Source: Vicinamibacteria bacterium (GTDB taxonomy: Bacteria > Acidobacteriota > Vicinamibacteria > Marinacidobacterales > Marinacidobacteraceae). Taken from it: a DNA stretch of 64,000 nucleotides. This document shows, piece after piece, positions 45,957 through 54,644 of this stretch (within the stretch, counting starts at the first letter, position 1; every line of letters starts with the position of its first letter). The translations under genes were made by a program, and so were the position numbers. A model generated the notes under the pieces. That model did no database searches. It was not told the origin of the DNA and worked only from the letters and a program-made list of their open reading frames with translations. Location of the stretch: the NCBI GenBank assembly GCA_963555995.3, contig OY821641.1:1760001-1824000 (forward strand), given 5' to 3'.

Positions 45957-47054
45957 TCAGGAGCCGAACAGCATCCCCCAGTCCATCACTACCGGCTCCG
46001 GAGTGAAGCAGAGGGCGAAGGTGGCGGCGCCCGCGGCGGCCAGCAACCGGCGGCTCCGCCCGAGCGGGGCGTCGTCGTCGAGGGTCGGGGGATGCGGCCG
46101 CCGGGCGCCGAGCAGGAGGCAGAGCAGGCCCCACACGAGCCAGGTCGGGGACCACAGGGCGAGCGGGAACATGAGCAGGTGGACCGTCTTCGAGAGCCGC
46201 GCCGCGCGCCCCCGGAACACCGCGTAGAGCGCGTGCCCGCCGTCGAGCTGGCCCATCGGCAGCAGGTTGATCGCGGTGACGAGCAGGCCGAACCAGGCGG
46301 CGAGTCCCATGGGGCTCAGATACAGGACCTGCCCGTCGGGAACCGCCGGACCGAACGCCGACGCGAACCACTGGAAGAGGATCGGTTCCCCGAACTGGAT
46401 CCCGCCCGCCGCCAGCGGCCCGGGACGCGAGGAGGCGACGCCCGCCGCCAGGAGCGGCAGGCAGACGAGGAAACCGGCGATGGGTCCGGCAAGCCCTACG
46501 TCCATCAGCGCCCGGCGGTTCGGGAACGGCGACCGGATCCGGATGAAGGCGCCGAGCGTCCCCACGATCGTGAACGGCATGGGCAGGAAGTAGGGGAGGC
46601 TGGCGTCCACCCGGTAGTGGCGCGCCGTGAGGTAGTGCCCGAACTCGTGGCACAGGAGGATCGCCAGCAGCGAGAACGAATACGGGATTCCGTAGCGGAT
46701 CCAGAGCAGCGTCCACTCGATGCCGGAACGCGCATCCTCGGGCGCCCGGAAGAGTTCCGGCGCTTCGGCGGCGATGCCGAGCGCGCCGCCCACCCAGAGG
46801 GTGGTGCCGACCGTGGCGAGGAAGAGCGCCGCCGGCAGCAGGAATCGCGGGGGTCCCGGCGCCGCTTCCGGGGAGCGCCGGTCTTCAGACCGGCACAGCG
46901 GGCCGAAGGCCCGCGGATGTCGTGTCGCTGCTTGCAGTGATGAACCGAGAGCAGAGCGCCACCGCGCCGGCCCGCGTCGTGCCGTGCGCTGCGCTCTCGC
47001 GCAGCGCGTGCCGGTCTGAAGACCGGCGCTCCCAGCCGTTTCGGCGCCGTTCAT
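45957..47054 (-). CDS. Site-2 protease (peptidase M50)
   Basis: HEFGH, LPYFLP, GTLGAFIR, AGPIAG, NLLPMGQLDGGH; ATG 47054 overlaps namZ stop, start uncertain. Confidence 0.9.
   Translation of the reverse strand: MNGAETAGSAGLQTGTRCARAQRTARRGPARWRSALGSSLQAATRHPRAFGPLCRSEDRRSPEAAPGPPRFLLPAALFLATVGTTLWVGGALGIAAEAPELFRAPEDARSGIEWTLLWIRYGIPYSFSLLAILLCHEFGHYLTARHYRVDASLPYFLPMPFTIVGTLGAFIRIRSPFPNRRALMDVGLAGPIAGFLVCLPLLAAGVASSRPGPLAAGGIQFGEPILFQWFASAFGPAVPDGQVLYLSPMGLAAWFGLLVTAINLLPMGQLDGGHALYAVFRGRAARLSKTVHLLMFPLALWSPTWLVWGLLCLLLGARRPHPPTLDDDAPLGRSRRLLAAAGAATFALCFTPEPVVMDWGMLFGS
46871..47033. repeat. REPIN-like element with perfect 26 bp inverted termini
   Basis: GGGAGCGCCGGTCTTCAGACCGGCAC ... GTGCCGGTCTGAAGACCGGCGCTCCC; spacer homologous to 61076-61245. 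Confidence 0.85.
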
Positions 47055-48340
47055 CGCTCCGGATAGAGGAGGTGGGGGCTTCGTTCCTCGAGGAACGCGG
47101 CCACCGCGGCGGCTTCGGCATCCATCAGGTCGTCCACCGGGACCCCGGCATCCATTCCCCGGCGAACGCGGTCGGTCCCGAGCAGCAGGTCCAGCCAGTA
47201 GCGCTCTCCGCCCGCGCGCCAGCCGAAATCGCCGGGATGCGCGCGACGGACCGCCTCGATCGCCCGGAGACCGCTGCGCACCGGCCGGAAGGCCGGAAGG
47301 TCGGTGATCTCGACCCGCAGCCCGTTGCTCGCCTCGTCGCTGAAGCGCGGGTTCGGCGCCGCCGGCCCCGGCCGGGGAGTGAAACGCGCTTCCGCGAATC
47401 GCACTCCGGGAAGCGCCGCGCCTCCCCCGAGCTCCCTGATCCAGGCGGCGGCGTCCACCCACGGCGCTCCCACCACCTCGAAGGGGGTGTCCGTCCCCCT
47501 GCCCTCCGAGAGCATCACGCCCTCGAACAGGCCGAACCCCGGATACACGAGGGCGCTTTCGAGCGTCGGGATGTTCGGCGACGGCGGGCGCCACGGGAGC
47601 CCCGTCTCTTCCCAGCGGGTACCGCGGGTGAGACCCTTCACCGGAACCACCCGGACCCCTGCCCCCTCGCGCGCCGCGAACAGCCGCGCCAGTTCTCCGA
47701 CGGTCATCCCGTGGAGGAGGGGGAGCCGGTCCGTCCCCACGAAGGAGCGGAACTCCGGGTCGAGCATCGGCCCCTCCACCCGGTCGCCGCCGTTCGGGTT
47801 GGGGCGGTCCAGCACCCAGAACCCGATTCCGGCCCGGTGCGCGGCGACGAGCGCGTTCCGCAGCGTGGAGATGTAGGTGTAGTAGCGGACCCCGATGTCC
47901 TGGATGTCGAAGACGAGCGCGTCGAGGCCGGCGAGCGAGGTCCCGTCGGGGCTGCGCCGCTCCCCGTAGAGGCTGACCACCGGCAGCCCGGTTTCCGGAT
48001 CCCGGCCCGACGCGACCTCCTCGCCGGCGGCGGCCGACCCGGAGACCCCGTGCTCCGGACCGAAGAGCAGGGCGACCTCCACCCCGGCCCCGATCAGGGC
48101 CGCCGCCGCCGACTGCCCGGCGACGGTGCGGCCGGTGTGGTTCGTGACCAGTCCCACCCGCATCCCCCGGAGGTCTCCCGGCCCCTCGGCGACGATCCGG
48201 TCGAGGCCGGGCAGCACCGCGGACGGGAGCGGATCGTCCCCCGCCGGGCCGCAGGACAAGAGCACCGCGCACCCCAGCAGAACCGCCCGGGCGCGGGATG
48301 CGCCGCTCAAGTTCGCCCGACGGTCAGACGAGCCGGTCAA
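47051..48340 (-). CDS. namZ: DUF1343 exo-beta-N-acetylmuramidase NamZ family lipoprotein
   Basis: VGLVTNHTG, LFGPEHG, FDIQDIGVRYYTY, LDRPNP, HGMTVGELA, PSPNIP, EGRGT; lipobox LLSC. Confidence 0.9.
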   Translation of the reverse strand: MTGSSDRRANLSGASRARAVLLGCAVLLSCGPAGDDPLPSAVLPGLDRIVAEGPGDLRGMRVGLVTNHTGRTVAGQSAAAALIGAGVEVALLFGPEHGVSGSAAAGEEVASGRDPETGLPVVSLYGERRSPDGTSLAGLDALVFDIQDIGVRYYTYISTLRNALVAAHRAGIGFWVLDRPNPNGGDRVEGPMLDPEFRSFVGTDRLPLLHGMTVGELARLFAAREGAGVRVVPVKGLTRGTRWEETGLPWRPPSPNIPTLESALVYPGFGLFEGVMLSEGRGTDTPFEVVGAPWVDAAAWIRELGGGAALPGVRFAEARFTPRPGPAAPNPRFSDEASNGLRVEITDLPAFRPVRSGLRAIEAVRRAHPGDFGWRAGGERYWLDLLLGTDRVRRGMDAGVPVDDLMDAEAAAVAAFLEERSPHLLYPER

Positions 48341-49406
48341 CCCAGCCGTAGGGATCGGGACGCCGCCCCAGCCGGATGCCGGTCAGCCGCTCGCGCAGTT
48401 CGTCCTGGACCGGCGTGTCCTCCGGGAGGCGGATCTCGACGCCCCCGCCGGTAAGCCGCGCCACCGGGGTCACTACCGCCGCGGTCCCCACCCCGAAACA
48501 CTCGCGGAGGCTGCCGCTCTCCGACGCCTCGGCGACCTCCTCGATGGAGACGGGCCGCTCGTCCACCCCGGTCCCCATCTGGTCGCACAGCAGGCGGATC
48601 GCGCTGTCGCGGGTCACCCCCGGCAGGATCGTCCCTCCGAGGGGCGGCGTCACCACCCGGTCGCCGATGACGAACATCATGTTCATCGTGCCGCACTCCT
48701 CGATGAACCGGTGTTCCTTCGAGTCGAGCCACAGCACGTTGTCGCAGCCGTGCTCCGAGGCTTCCTTCATCCCGTAGTAGCTGGCCGAATAGTTCCCCGC
48801 CGCCTTCGCCTCCCCGATGCCCCCTTCCGCGGCGCGGATCCACCTCCGGGTCACGTAGAGGCTCACCGACCCCTCGTAGTAGGCCCCGACCGGAGCGGTC
48901 ATGATGTGGAAGCGGTACTCCCGCGAGGGGCTCACCCCGATGTAGGGATCGGCGGCGAACAGGAAGGGGCGGATGTAGAGCGAGCCGAACTCGTTGGGCG
49001 GGATCCACCCCCGGTCGAGCCGGACGAGTTCCCGGATCCCGCCCAGGAAGATGTCCTCCGGAACCTCGGCCATCACCATCCGGCGGGCCGACCGGTTCAT
49101 CCGCCGCCAGTTCTCCTCGGGCCGGAAGAGCACCGGGACGCCGTCGTCGGTGAGGTGGGCCTTCATTCCCTCGAAGATCGCCTGCGCGTAGTGCAGGACC
49201 GCCGTCGCGGGGTGCAGCGCGATGTCCCCGAACGGCACGATCTCGGGGTCGTCCCAAACCCCGTCGAGACAGCGCGCCGACAGCATGTGGTCGCTGTACA
49301 CCCGGCCGAAGGCGACGTTCGCGAGATCCACCTCCGGCAGCCGGGACTCCGCGACCCGCTCGATCGCGATGGACGTGGTGGCGGCGGCAACGGGCGGCGG
49401 GCTCAT
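48324..49406 (-). CDS. ilvE: Branched-chain amino acid aminotransferase
   Basis: FG..YSDHM, LHYAQAIFEGMKA, SLYIRPF, AKAAGNY, EECGTMN, ILPGVTRDS, GTAAVVTP. Confidence 0.96.
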   Translation of the reverse strand: MSPPPVAAATTSIAIERVAESRLPEVDLANVAFGRVYSDHMLSARCLDGVWDDPEIVPFGDIALHPATAVLHYAQAIFEGMKAHLTDDGVPVLFRPEENWRRMNRSARRMVMAEVPEDIFLGGIRELVRLDRGWIPPNEFGSLYIRPFLFAADPYIGVSPSREYRFHIMTAPVGAYYEGSVSLYVTRRWIRAAEGGIGEAKAAGNYSASYYGMKEASEHGCDNVLWLDSKEHRFIEECGTMNMMFVIGDRVVTPPLGGTILPGVTRDSAIRLLCDQMGTGVDERPVSIEEVAEASESGSLRECFGVGTAAVVTPVARLTGGGVEIRLPEDTPVQDELRERLTGIRLGRRPDPYGWVDRLV

Positions 49407-49450
49407 CGGCGCCGGATGCTAGCAGCCTGTGGGAGTTCGTCGAACCCGGA

Positions 49451-49783
49451 TCACCGCGCCAGCCGCGCGCTGACCAGCCGGTTCAGGCTCACCCCCTCCT
49501 CGGCCGCCCTGATTGCGAGATCGCGGTGGGTTTCGGGTGGTACCCGCACCACGAACCTGCCACTGTAGGTCCGGTCCGCCATGGGCTCGGGCGGCGATTC
49601 CCCGCGCGCCCGCATGTCCTCGAGCACCTCGCTGACCAGCGCCCGGATGCCCGAGAGGGCTTCACCCGGAGTCCGGGCCAACCAGCTTAGCGACGGGAAC
49701 TCCGCGCAGCGTCCAACGTGCTCGCCGTCCTCCGCCGACCACGTGATGCGGTACGTGTAGTGATCAGAATCTCGGCGTGCCAT
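49451..49783 (-). CDS. hicB: HicB-family antitoxin (orphan)
   Basis: YTYRITWSAEDGEHVGRCAEFPSLSW...YSGRFVVRVPPETHRDLAIRAAEEGVSLN (RHH); start ATG 49783. Confidence 0.88.
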   Translation of the reverse strand: MARRDSDHYTYRITWSAEDGEHVGRCAEFPSLSWLARTPGEALSGIRALVSEVLEDMRARGESPPEPMADRTYSGRFVVRVPPETHRDLAIRAAEEGVSLNRLVSARLAR

Positions 49784-49846
49784 CAGCACGATAGTATCAC
49801 TATTGGTATCGGCAGACAGAATCGTTGCGCACTTTCGGAAACGGCC

Positions 49847-50043
49847 GGAGCGCCGGCCTCCGGCCGGCATCGCCGACCGCAGGGAGGCGAAACGCACGCC
49901 GCCACCGACCCACATGGAGTGATCCCACCCGGGCACGGCCCCGTGCCGCCGGAACGAGCCGAACGTGCCGCCGTTCACGGGGAGGAACGCCGTCAGCGCG
50001 GATTTCGCGCTCCCGCGCGATGCCAGCCGGAGGCTGGCGCTCC
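49847..50043. repeat. REPIN-like inverted REP pair (variant subfamily)
   Basis: GGAGCGCCGGCCTCCGGCCGGCATC ... GATGCCAGCCGGAGGCTGGCGCTCC; related solo copy near 26387-26411. Confidence 0.65.
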
Positions 50044-50063
50044 GACGCGAACCGGCGGACGGT

Positions 50064-51407
50064 TCAGGCAGATCTTCCCGCTCGGGCCGTCCGGCGGCGC
50101 CGCACCATGACGACCGCCCACCCGGCGATCCCGGCCAGTGCGAGGGGCCACAGCAGCCACGACCAGGACGGCGGCGCCCCGCCGGAGATCGCCCAGGCGC
50201 GGGAGAGTTCGGAGACGCGCGACTCGAGCAGGTGCCAGGCGGCGTGGCCGGCGATCACCGAGAGCAGCGCGCTCACCGCGAACCGGGACCGGTCGGTCCC
50301 CGAGAGCAGGTGCAGCAGCGGGATCACGGCGAGCACCACCGCCGCCTGCCCGGCCTCCACTCCCACGTTGAACGAGAAGAGCGCGAGCGGCAGGTGGTCC
50401 CCCGCGAACGCGAGGGACTCGCCGAGGGCGAACGCGAAGCCGAAGCCGTGGAAGAGCCCGAAGACGAACGCGAGCACGGTCCGGCGCACCACGCTCGCCG
50501 AAATCAGGTTCTCGATCGCCGTGTAGAGGATCGAGAGCGCCACCACGCCCTCGACGAGGGGAACGAACCACAGCGCCTCGGGGGCATGGCCGAGGGCCGC
50601 CGCCACCAGGGTCACCGAATGGGCGACCGTGAACCCGGTCACCATGATGAGGAGGTGCTTGATGCGGGACAGCCGCCCGAAGGGCGCGATGAGGCAGATC
50701 AGGAACAGCAGGTGGTCCCAGCCGGTGAGGATGTGCTCGACTCCCGACCGCCCGAAGGCGAAGAACGCCTGCCAGGGGGAGGGGTCGAGCGCCACCCGGC
50801 CCTCCCGGACGCTGATGTGGTAGAGGTTGCTCTTCCACGCCTCCCCGCCCTCTTCCCGGCGTTCGTAGAGCACGTCGAGCGCCACCCGGTCGCCGAAGCC
50901 CGGCGCCACGTTGCACTCGATGGCGACGCTCCCCTCGGCGGGCGCCGGATAGGTCAGGTAGAAGTCGAGGAACCCCTGGTTCCAGAAGACCTGGGTGTCC
51001 GCCGGCAGCGGATCCGAGAGCACCTTGTCCCGCGCCGACTCGAAGTCGGTGAAGGAGCGGTCCCACGGCAGCGCGACCCGGAAGGCCCGGAGGGTGGCGG
51101 GAAGCGCCGCACCGTCGGGATGGAAGAGCGGCGCCTCGGAAGCGAAGACCTCCCCCGCCCGGCGCAGGACGGGCTCCGCCCGCTCGAAGTCGAGGTACCC
51201 GGCGCCCCACTTGGGGACGTTCAGCGAGAGCAGCAGGAGCAGCGGCACCCGCGCGACGAGGTGCAGCTCGCCGTCGGTCTCCCGGACGAACACCGGGATC
51301 CGGATCTCGTCGGGGATGTCGTGGGACGCCGCCGGAGGGGGCGCCGCGACCAGGGCAACGAAGGCGAGGAGCAGCAGGGAGGCCACGCTCCGGGTGCGCT
51401 TCGCCAT
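50064..51407 (-). CDS. HupE/UreJ-family membrane protein with exported N-terminal domain
   Basis: Signal peptide ending A-S-H-D, HILTGWDHLLFL, FTVAHSVTL, FGLFHGFGFA, FNVGVEAGQ. Confidence 0.85.
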   Translation of the reverse strand: MAKRTRSVASLLLLAFVALVAAPPPAASHDIPDEIRIPVFVRETDGELHLVARVPLLLLLSLNVPKWGAGYLDFERAEPVLRRAGEVFASEAPLFHPDGAALPATLRAFRVALPWDRSFTDFESARDKVLSDPLPADTQVFWNQGFLDFYLTYPAPAEGSVAIECNVAPGFGDRVALDVLYERREEGGEAWKSNLYHISVREGRVALDPSPWQAFFAFGRSGVEHILTGWDHLLFLICLIAPFGRLSRIKHLLIMVTGFTVAHSVTLVAAALGHAPEALWFVPLVEGVVALSILYTAIENLISASVVRRTVLAFVFGLFHGFGFAFALGESLAFAGDHLPLALFSFNVGVEAGQAAVVLAVIPLLHLLSGTDRSRFAVSALLSVIAGHAAWHLLESRVSELSRAWAISGGAPPSWSWLLWPLALAGIAGWAVVMVRRRRTARAGRSA

Positions 51408-51529
51408 GCTCGGGTCAGCCCCTCCCCTCAGTCTGAAACCGACCGAGACCCGGCGCCCGCGGGGCGCGCCGGGAGTCTCGGAATCCGATGCGGGTGCGTA
51501 CGGTCAGTGGCGCGTGTCGGCGTCCGAAG

Positions 51530-52690
51530 TCAGTGGACGTGGCCCGTGTGGTCCACCACGAACTTCTGCGCCCGGCGTCCCTGGTTCACCTCGGCGGTGT
51601 AGAAGTTGCCGTCCGAGTCCACGACGACGTTGTGGACCCAGTGGAACTGGCCCGCGTTCCGGCCGCGGCGGCCGAAGTAGGCCTCGATCTCCAGTTCGGC
51701 GCGGTGGATGATGTGGATGCGCTGGTTCTGGCCGTCGGCGTTGTAGAGGTCCACCTGTCCCTCGTCCGGCGAGAGTTCGAGGTCCCAGGTCGAGCCGTTG
51801 CCGAGGCTGTTCCCCTCCACGATCATCTCGTCCACGTAGGTTCCGTCCTTCTCGAACACCTGGATGCGGTTGTTCACCCGGTCGGCCACGTACACCATGC
51901 CGTCCCGCGCGATCCGCACCGCGTGGACCGGCGTCCGGAACTGCTGGATGGGCTCTTCGCCCGGGACGAACCCTCCCGTGTCCTCGTCGGACGGTTCGTT
52001 GCCATAGGCGCCCCAGTGGCGCCGGTACTCGCCGGTCTCGGCGTCGAAGACGATGATCCGCTTGTTGAGGTACCCGTCGGCGATGTAGAGCTCGTTGGTC
52101 TCGGGGTCCACCTCCATGTCCGCGGGGCGGCCGAGGAACTCGGTGCTGTTGCTGCCCTCGGTGCGGCCCGCCTGCCCGATCTGCATCACGAAGGTGCCGT
52201 CCCCGCTGAACTTGAGGACCTGGTGGTCGTCGGGTCCGTTCCCGGCGAGCCAGACGTAGCCGAGGTGGTCCACGAAGATGCCGTGCTCGCTCGCCGGCCA
52301 CTCGTAGCCCTCGCCCGGATAGCCGGTCTGGTCGCCCCAACTGTCGAGCAGGTTCCCGTCGGCGTCGAACTTGAGCACCGGGGGCGCCGGGATGCAGCAC
52401 GCGGAGAGCGGCGGGTCCTGCACCAGGCCCGCCTCGTCGGCGTTCAGGCTGCGGGGACGCTGCACCAGCCAGATGTGGTCGTTCCCGTCCACCGCGATCC
52501 CGGAGACCTCACCCATCAGCCAGTCGTCGGGAAGCATCGGCCAGTGCGGATCCACCTCGGGCATTTCCGCGTGCTCGGCGTGCGGATCGTGCAGCGGCGC
52601 ACCGCTCGTCCGTTCGCCCGGGGCCTGGCAGCCGACGGCGAAAGCGATCCCCAGCGCCATCAAGAGAAGAGCCGGATTCTTGGTGTTCAT
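51530..52690 (-). CDS. NHL-repeat beta-propeller lipoprotein (paralog 1)
   Basis: Lipobox FAVGC; repeats GIAVD, EHGIFVD, YIADGY.NKRI, YVADRVNNRIQVF, HNVVVDSDGNFYTAEV; start ATG 52690. Confidence 0.85.
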   Translation of the reverse strand: MNTKNPALLLMALGIAFAVGCQAPGERTSGAPLHDPHAEHAEMPEVDPHWPMLPDDWLMGEVSGIAVDGNDHIWLVQRPRSLNADEAGLVQDPPLSACCIPAPPVLKFDADGNLLDSWGDQTGYPGEGYEWPASEHGIFVDHLGYVWLAGNGPDDHQVLKFSGDGTFVMQIGQAGRTEGSNSTEFLGRPADMEVDPETNELYIADGYLNKRIIVFDAETGEYRRHWGAYGNEPSDEDTGGFVPGEEPIQQFRTPVHAVRIARDGMVYVADRVNNRIQVFEKDGTYVDEMIVEGNSLGNGSTWDLELSPDEGQVDLYNADGQNQRIHIIHRAELEIEAYFGRRGRNAGQFHWVHNVVVDSDGNFYTAEVNQGRRAQKFVVDHTGHVH

Positions 52691-52853
52691 GTCGTTCTCC
52701 CGGAGTCGCAGCCCCGACGGATAGCAGTTGCCGGCGCCAGCAGGCGCCGAACCGAATGAGTGTACGGGAACCCCCGTCCGCGGCAAAACCGCGCGCCGCC
52801 GCAGCCGCGCACGACCGGGATCGTTCCGGCCCCGAGATTCTCGCGGTGGTTGT

Positions 52854-53404
52854 TAACAGCCTGTGGTGAAACCCACGTGAGCGCCGAGACGGGTGAGGCG
52901 CCCGGCTGACAAGGCGCGTGAGGGAGGAATACCGGGTGTATTCCGACCGAAACGCAACGCAGAGCGCCTCGGAGAGGCGCGGTTCAGCCGGGATGCATCG
53001 CCCGTCGAACGCCGCGTGGGTTTTGCCACAGGCTGTTAGCAGCCTGTGGTGAAACCCACGTGAGCGCCGAGACGGGTGAGGCGCCCGGCTGACAAGGCGC
53101 GTGAGGGAGGAATACCGGGTGTATTCCGACCGAAACGCAACGCAGAGCGCCTCGGAGAGGCGCGGTTCAGCCGGGATGCATCGCCCGTCGAACGCCGCGT
53201 GGGTTTTGCCACAGGCTGTTAGCAGCCTGTGGTGAAACCCACGTGAGCGCCGAGACGGGTGAGGCGCCCGGCTGACAAGGCGCGTGAGGGAGGAATACCG
53301 GGTGTATTCCGACCGAAACGCAACGCAGAGCGCCTCGGAGAGGCGCGGTTCAGCCGGGATGCATCGCCCGTCGAACGCCGCGTGGGTTTTGCCACAGGCT
53401 GTTA
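52854..53404. mobile_element. Three head-to-tail copies of a 181 bp MITE separated by TA (183 bp period)
   Basis: CAGC at 52857, 53040, 53223; each unit CAGCCTGTGGTGAAACCCACG ... CGTGGGTTTTGCCACAGGCTG; copies appear identical apart from the first base. Confidence 0.9.
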
Positions 53405-54550
53405 ACGGCTCGCCACGAACTTCTGGGCGCGGCGGCCGGTGTTCACCTCGGCGGTGTAGAAGTTGCCCATGGAGTCCACCACCACGTTGTGGACCCAGTG
53501 GAAATGCCCGGAATGGCGCCCGCGGCGTCCAAAGAAGGACTCGACCTCCAGCGCGGCCCGGTTGATGATGTGGATCCGCTGGTTCGTGCCGTCGGCGTTG
53601 TAGAGGTCGGTCTGTCCGTCGTCGGGTGACAGCTCCAGGTCCCAGGTGGAGCCGGCGCCGAGGGTGTTGCCCTCCACGATCATCTCGTCCACGTAGGTCC
53701 CGTCCTTTTCGAACACCTGGATGCGGTTGTTCACCCGGTCGGCCACGTACACCATGCCGTCGGTCGCGATCCGCACCGCGTGGACCGGGGTGCGGAACTG
53801 CCGGATCGGCTCGATGCCGGGCTCGAAGGCGCCGGTGTCCTCGTCCGAGGGTTCGTTGCCGTAGGCGCCCCAGTGACGGCGGTACTCCCCGGTCTCGGCG
53901 TCGAAGACGATGATCCGCTTGTTCAGGTATCCGTCGGCGACGTAGAGCTCGTTCGTTGCGGGGTCCACCTCGATGTCGGCGGGCTGTCCGAGGAACTCGG
54001 TGCTGTTGCTGCCCTCGGTGCGCCCCGCCTGCCCGATCTGCATCACGAAGGTCCCGTCGCCGCTGAACTTGAGCACCTGGTGGTCGTCCGGGCCGTTCCC
54101 CGCGAACCACACGTAGCCCAGGTGGTCCACGAAGATGCCGTGCTCGGTGGCGGGCCACTCGTAGCCCTCGCCCTGGTAGCCGTTCTCGTCGCCCCAACTG
54201 TCGAGCAGGTTCCCGGCGGGGTCGAACTTGAGCACCGGCGGCGCGGCGTTGCAGCACGCCGAGACCGGCGGGTCCTGGGCGAGACCGGTCTCGTCGGCGT
54301 TCAGGCTGCGGGGGCGATGGACGAGCCAGATGTTGTCGTCGAGGTCCACCGCGATCCCGCCGACCTCCCCCATCAGCCAGTCGTCGGGAAGCCGCGGCCA
54401 CGACGGGTCCGCCACCGGCGCCCCGCCGCGCCCGCCCTGCGGATCGGAAGCGGTCGCGGTCCCCCCCGTCGTCTCTCCCGGCGGCCCGCAGCCGGCCGCG
54501 AGCGCCAGCGCCAGCAGCGTCACCAAAGGAGCCAGTGTCCTGATCTTCAT
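53402..54550 (-). CDS. NHL-repeat beta-propeller lipoprotein (paralog 2)
   Basis: Lipobox LAAGC; long blocks identical to paralog 1; start ATG 54550 with GAGGAAG RBS. Confidence 0.85.
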   Translation of the reverse strand: MKIRTLAPLVTLLALALAAGCGPPGETTGGTATASDPQGGRGGAPVADPSWPRLPDDWLMGEVGGIAVDLDDNIWLVHRPRSLNADETGLAQDPPVSACCNAAPPVLKFDPAGNLLDSWGDENGYQGEGYEWPATEHGIFVDHLGYVWFAGNGPDDHQVLKFSGDGTFVMQIGQAGRTEGSNSTEFLGQPADIEVDPATNELYVADGYLNKRIIVFDAETGEYRRHWGAYGNEPSDEDTGAFEPGIEPIRQFRTPVHAVRIATDGMVYVADRVNNRIQVFEKDGTYVDEMIVEGNTLGAGSTWDLELSPDDGQTDLYNADGTNQRIHIINRAALEVESFFGRRGRHSGHFHWVHNVVVDSMGNFYTAEVNTGRRAQKFVASR

Positions 54551-54644
54551 CGCTTCCTCCCCGGGACCGCCGCCCCGGCCGATCGCAGCTTCCGGCGCCA
54601 CCATGGCGCCGAACGGGATGAGTCTATGGGAAAGGTCCGATGCG

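Noticed and set aside
45957-47054. M50 protease as RiPP immunity or maturation factor
   Set aside because: Located in a housekeeping operon about 18 kb away; the cluster has its own C39 peptidase
52854-53404. Tandem array as a CRISPR array
   Set aside because: Units are 183 bp and identical with no unique spacers, have terminal inverted repeats, and no cas genes are present
52509-54401. 630 aa ORF with three 61 aa repeats
   Set aside because: Alternative-frame read of the NHL gene running through the MITE array; Arg/Gly/Pro-rich shadow composition
51530-54550. NHL proteins as amidating enzymes for the RiPP
   Set aside because: More than 20 kb from the cluster, lipoproteins, no hydroxylating partner, and the core ends in Trp rather than Gly
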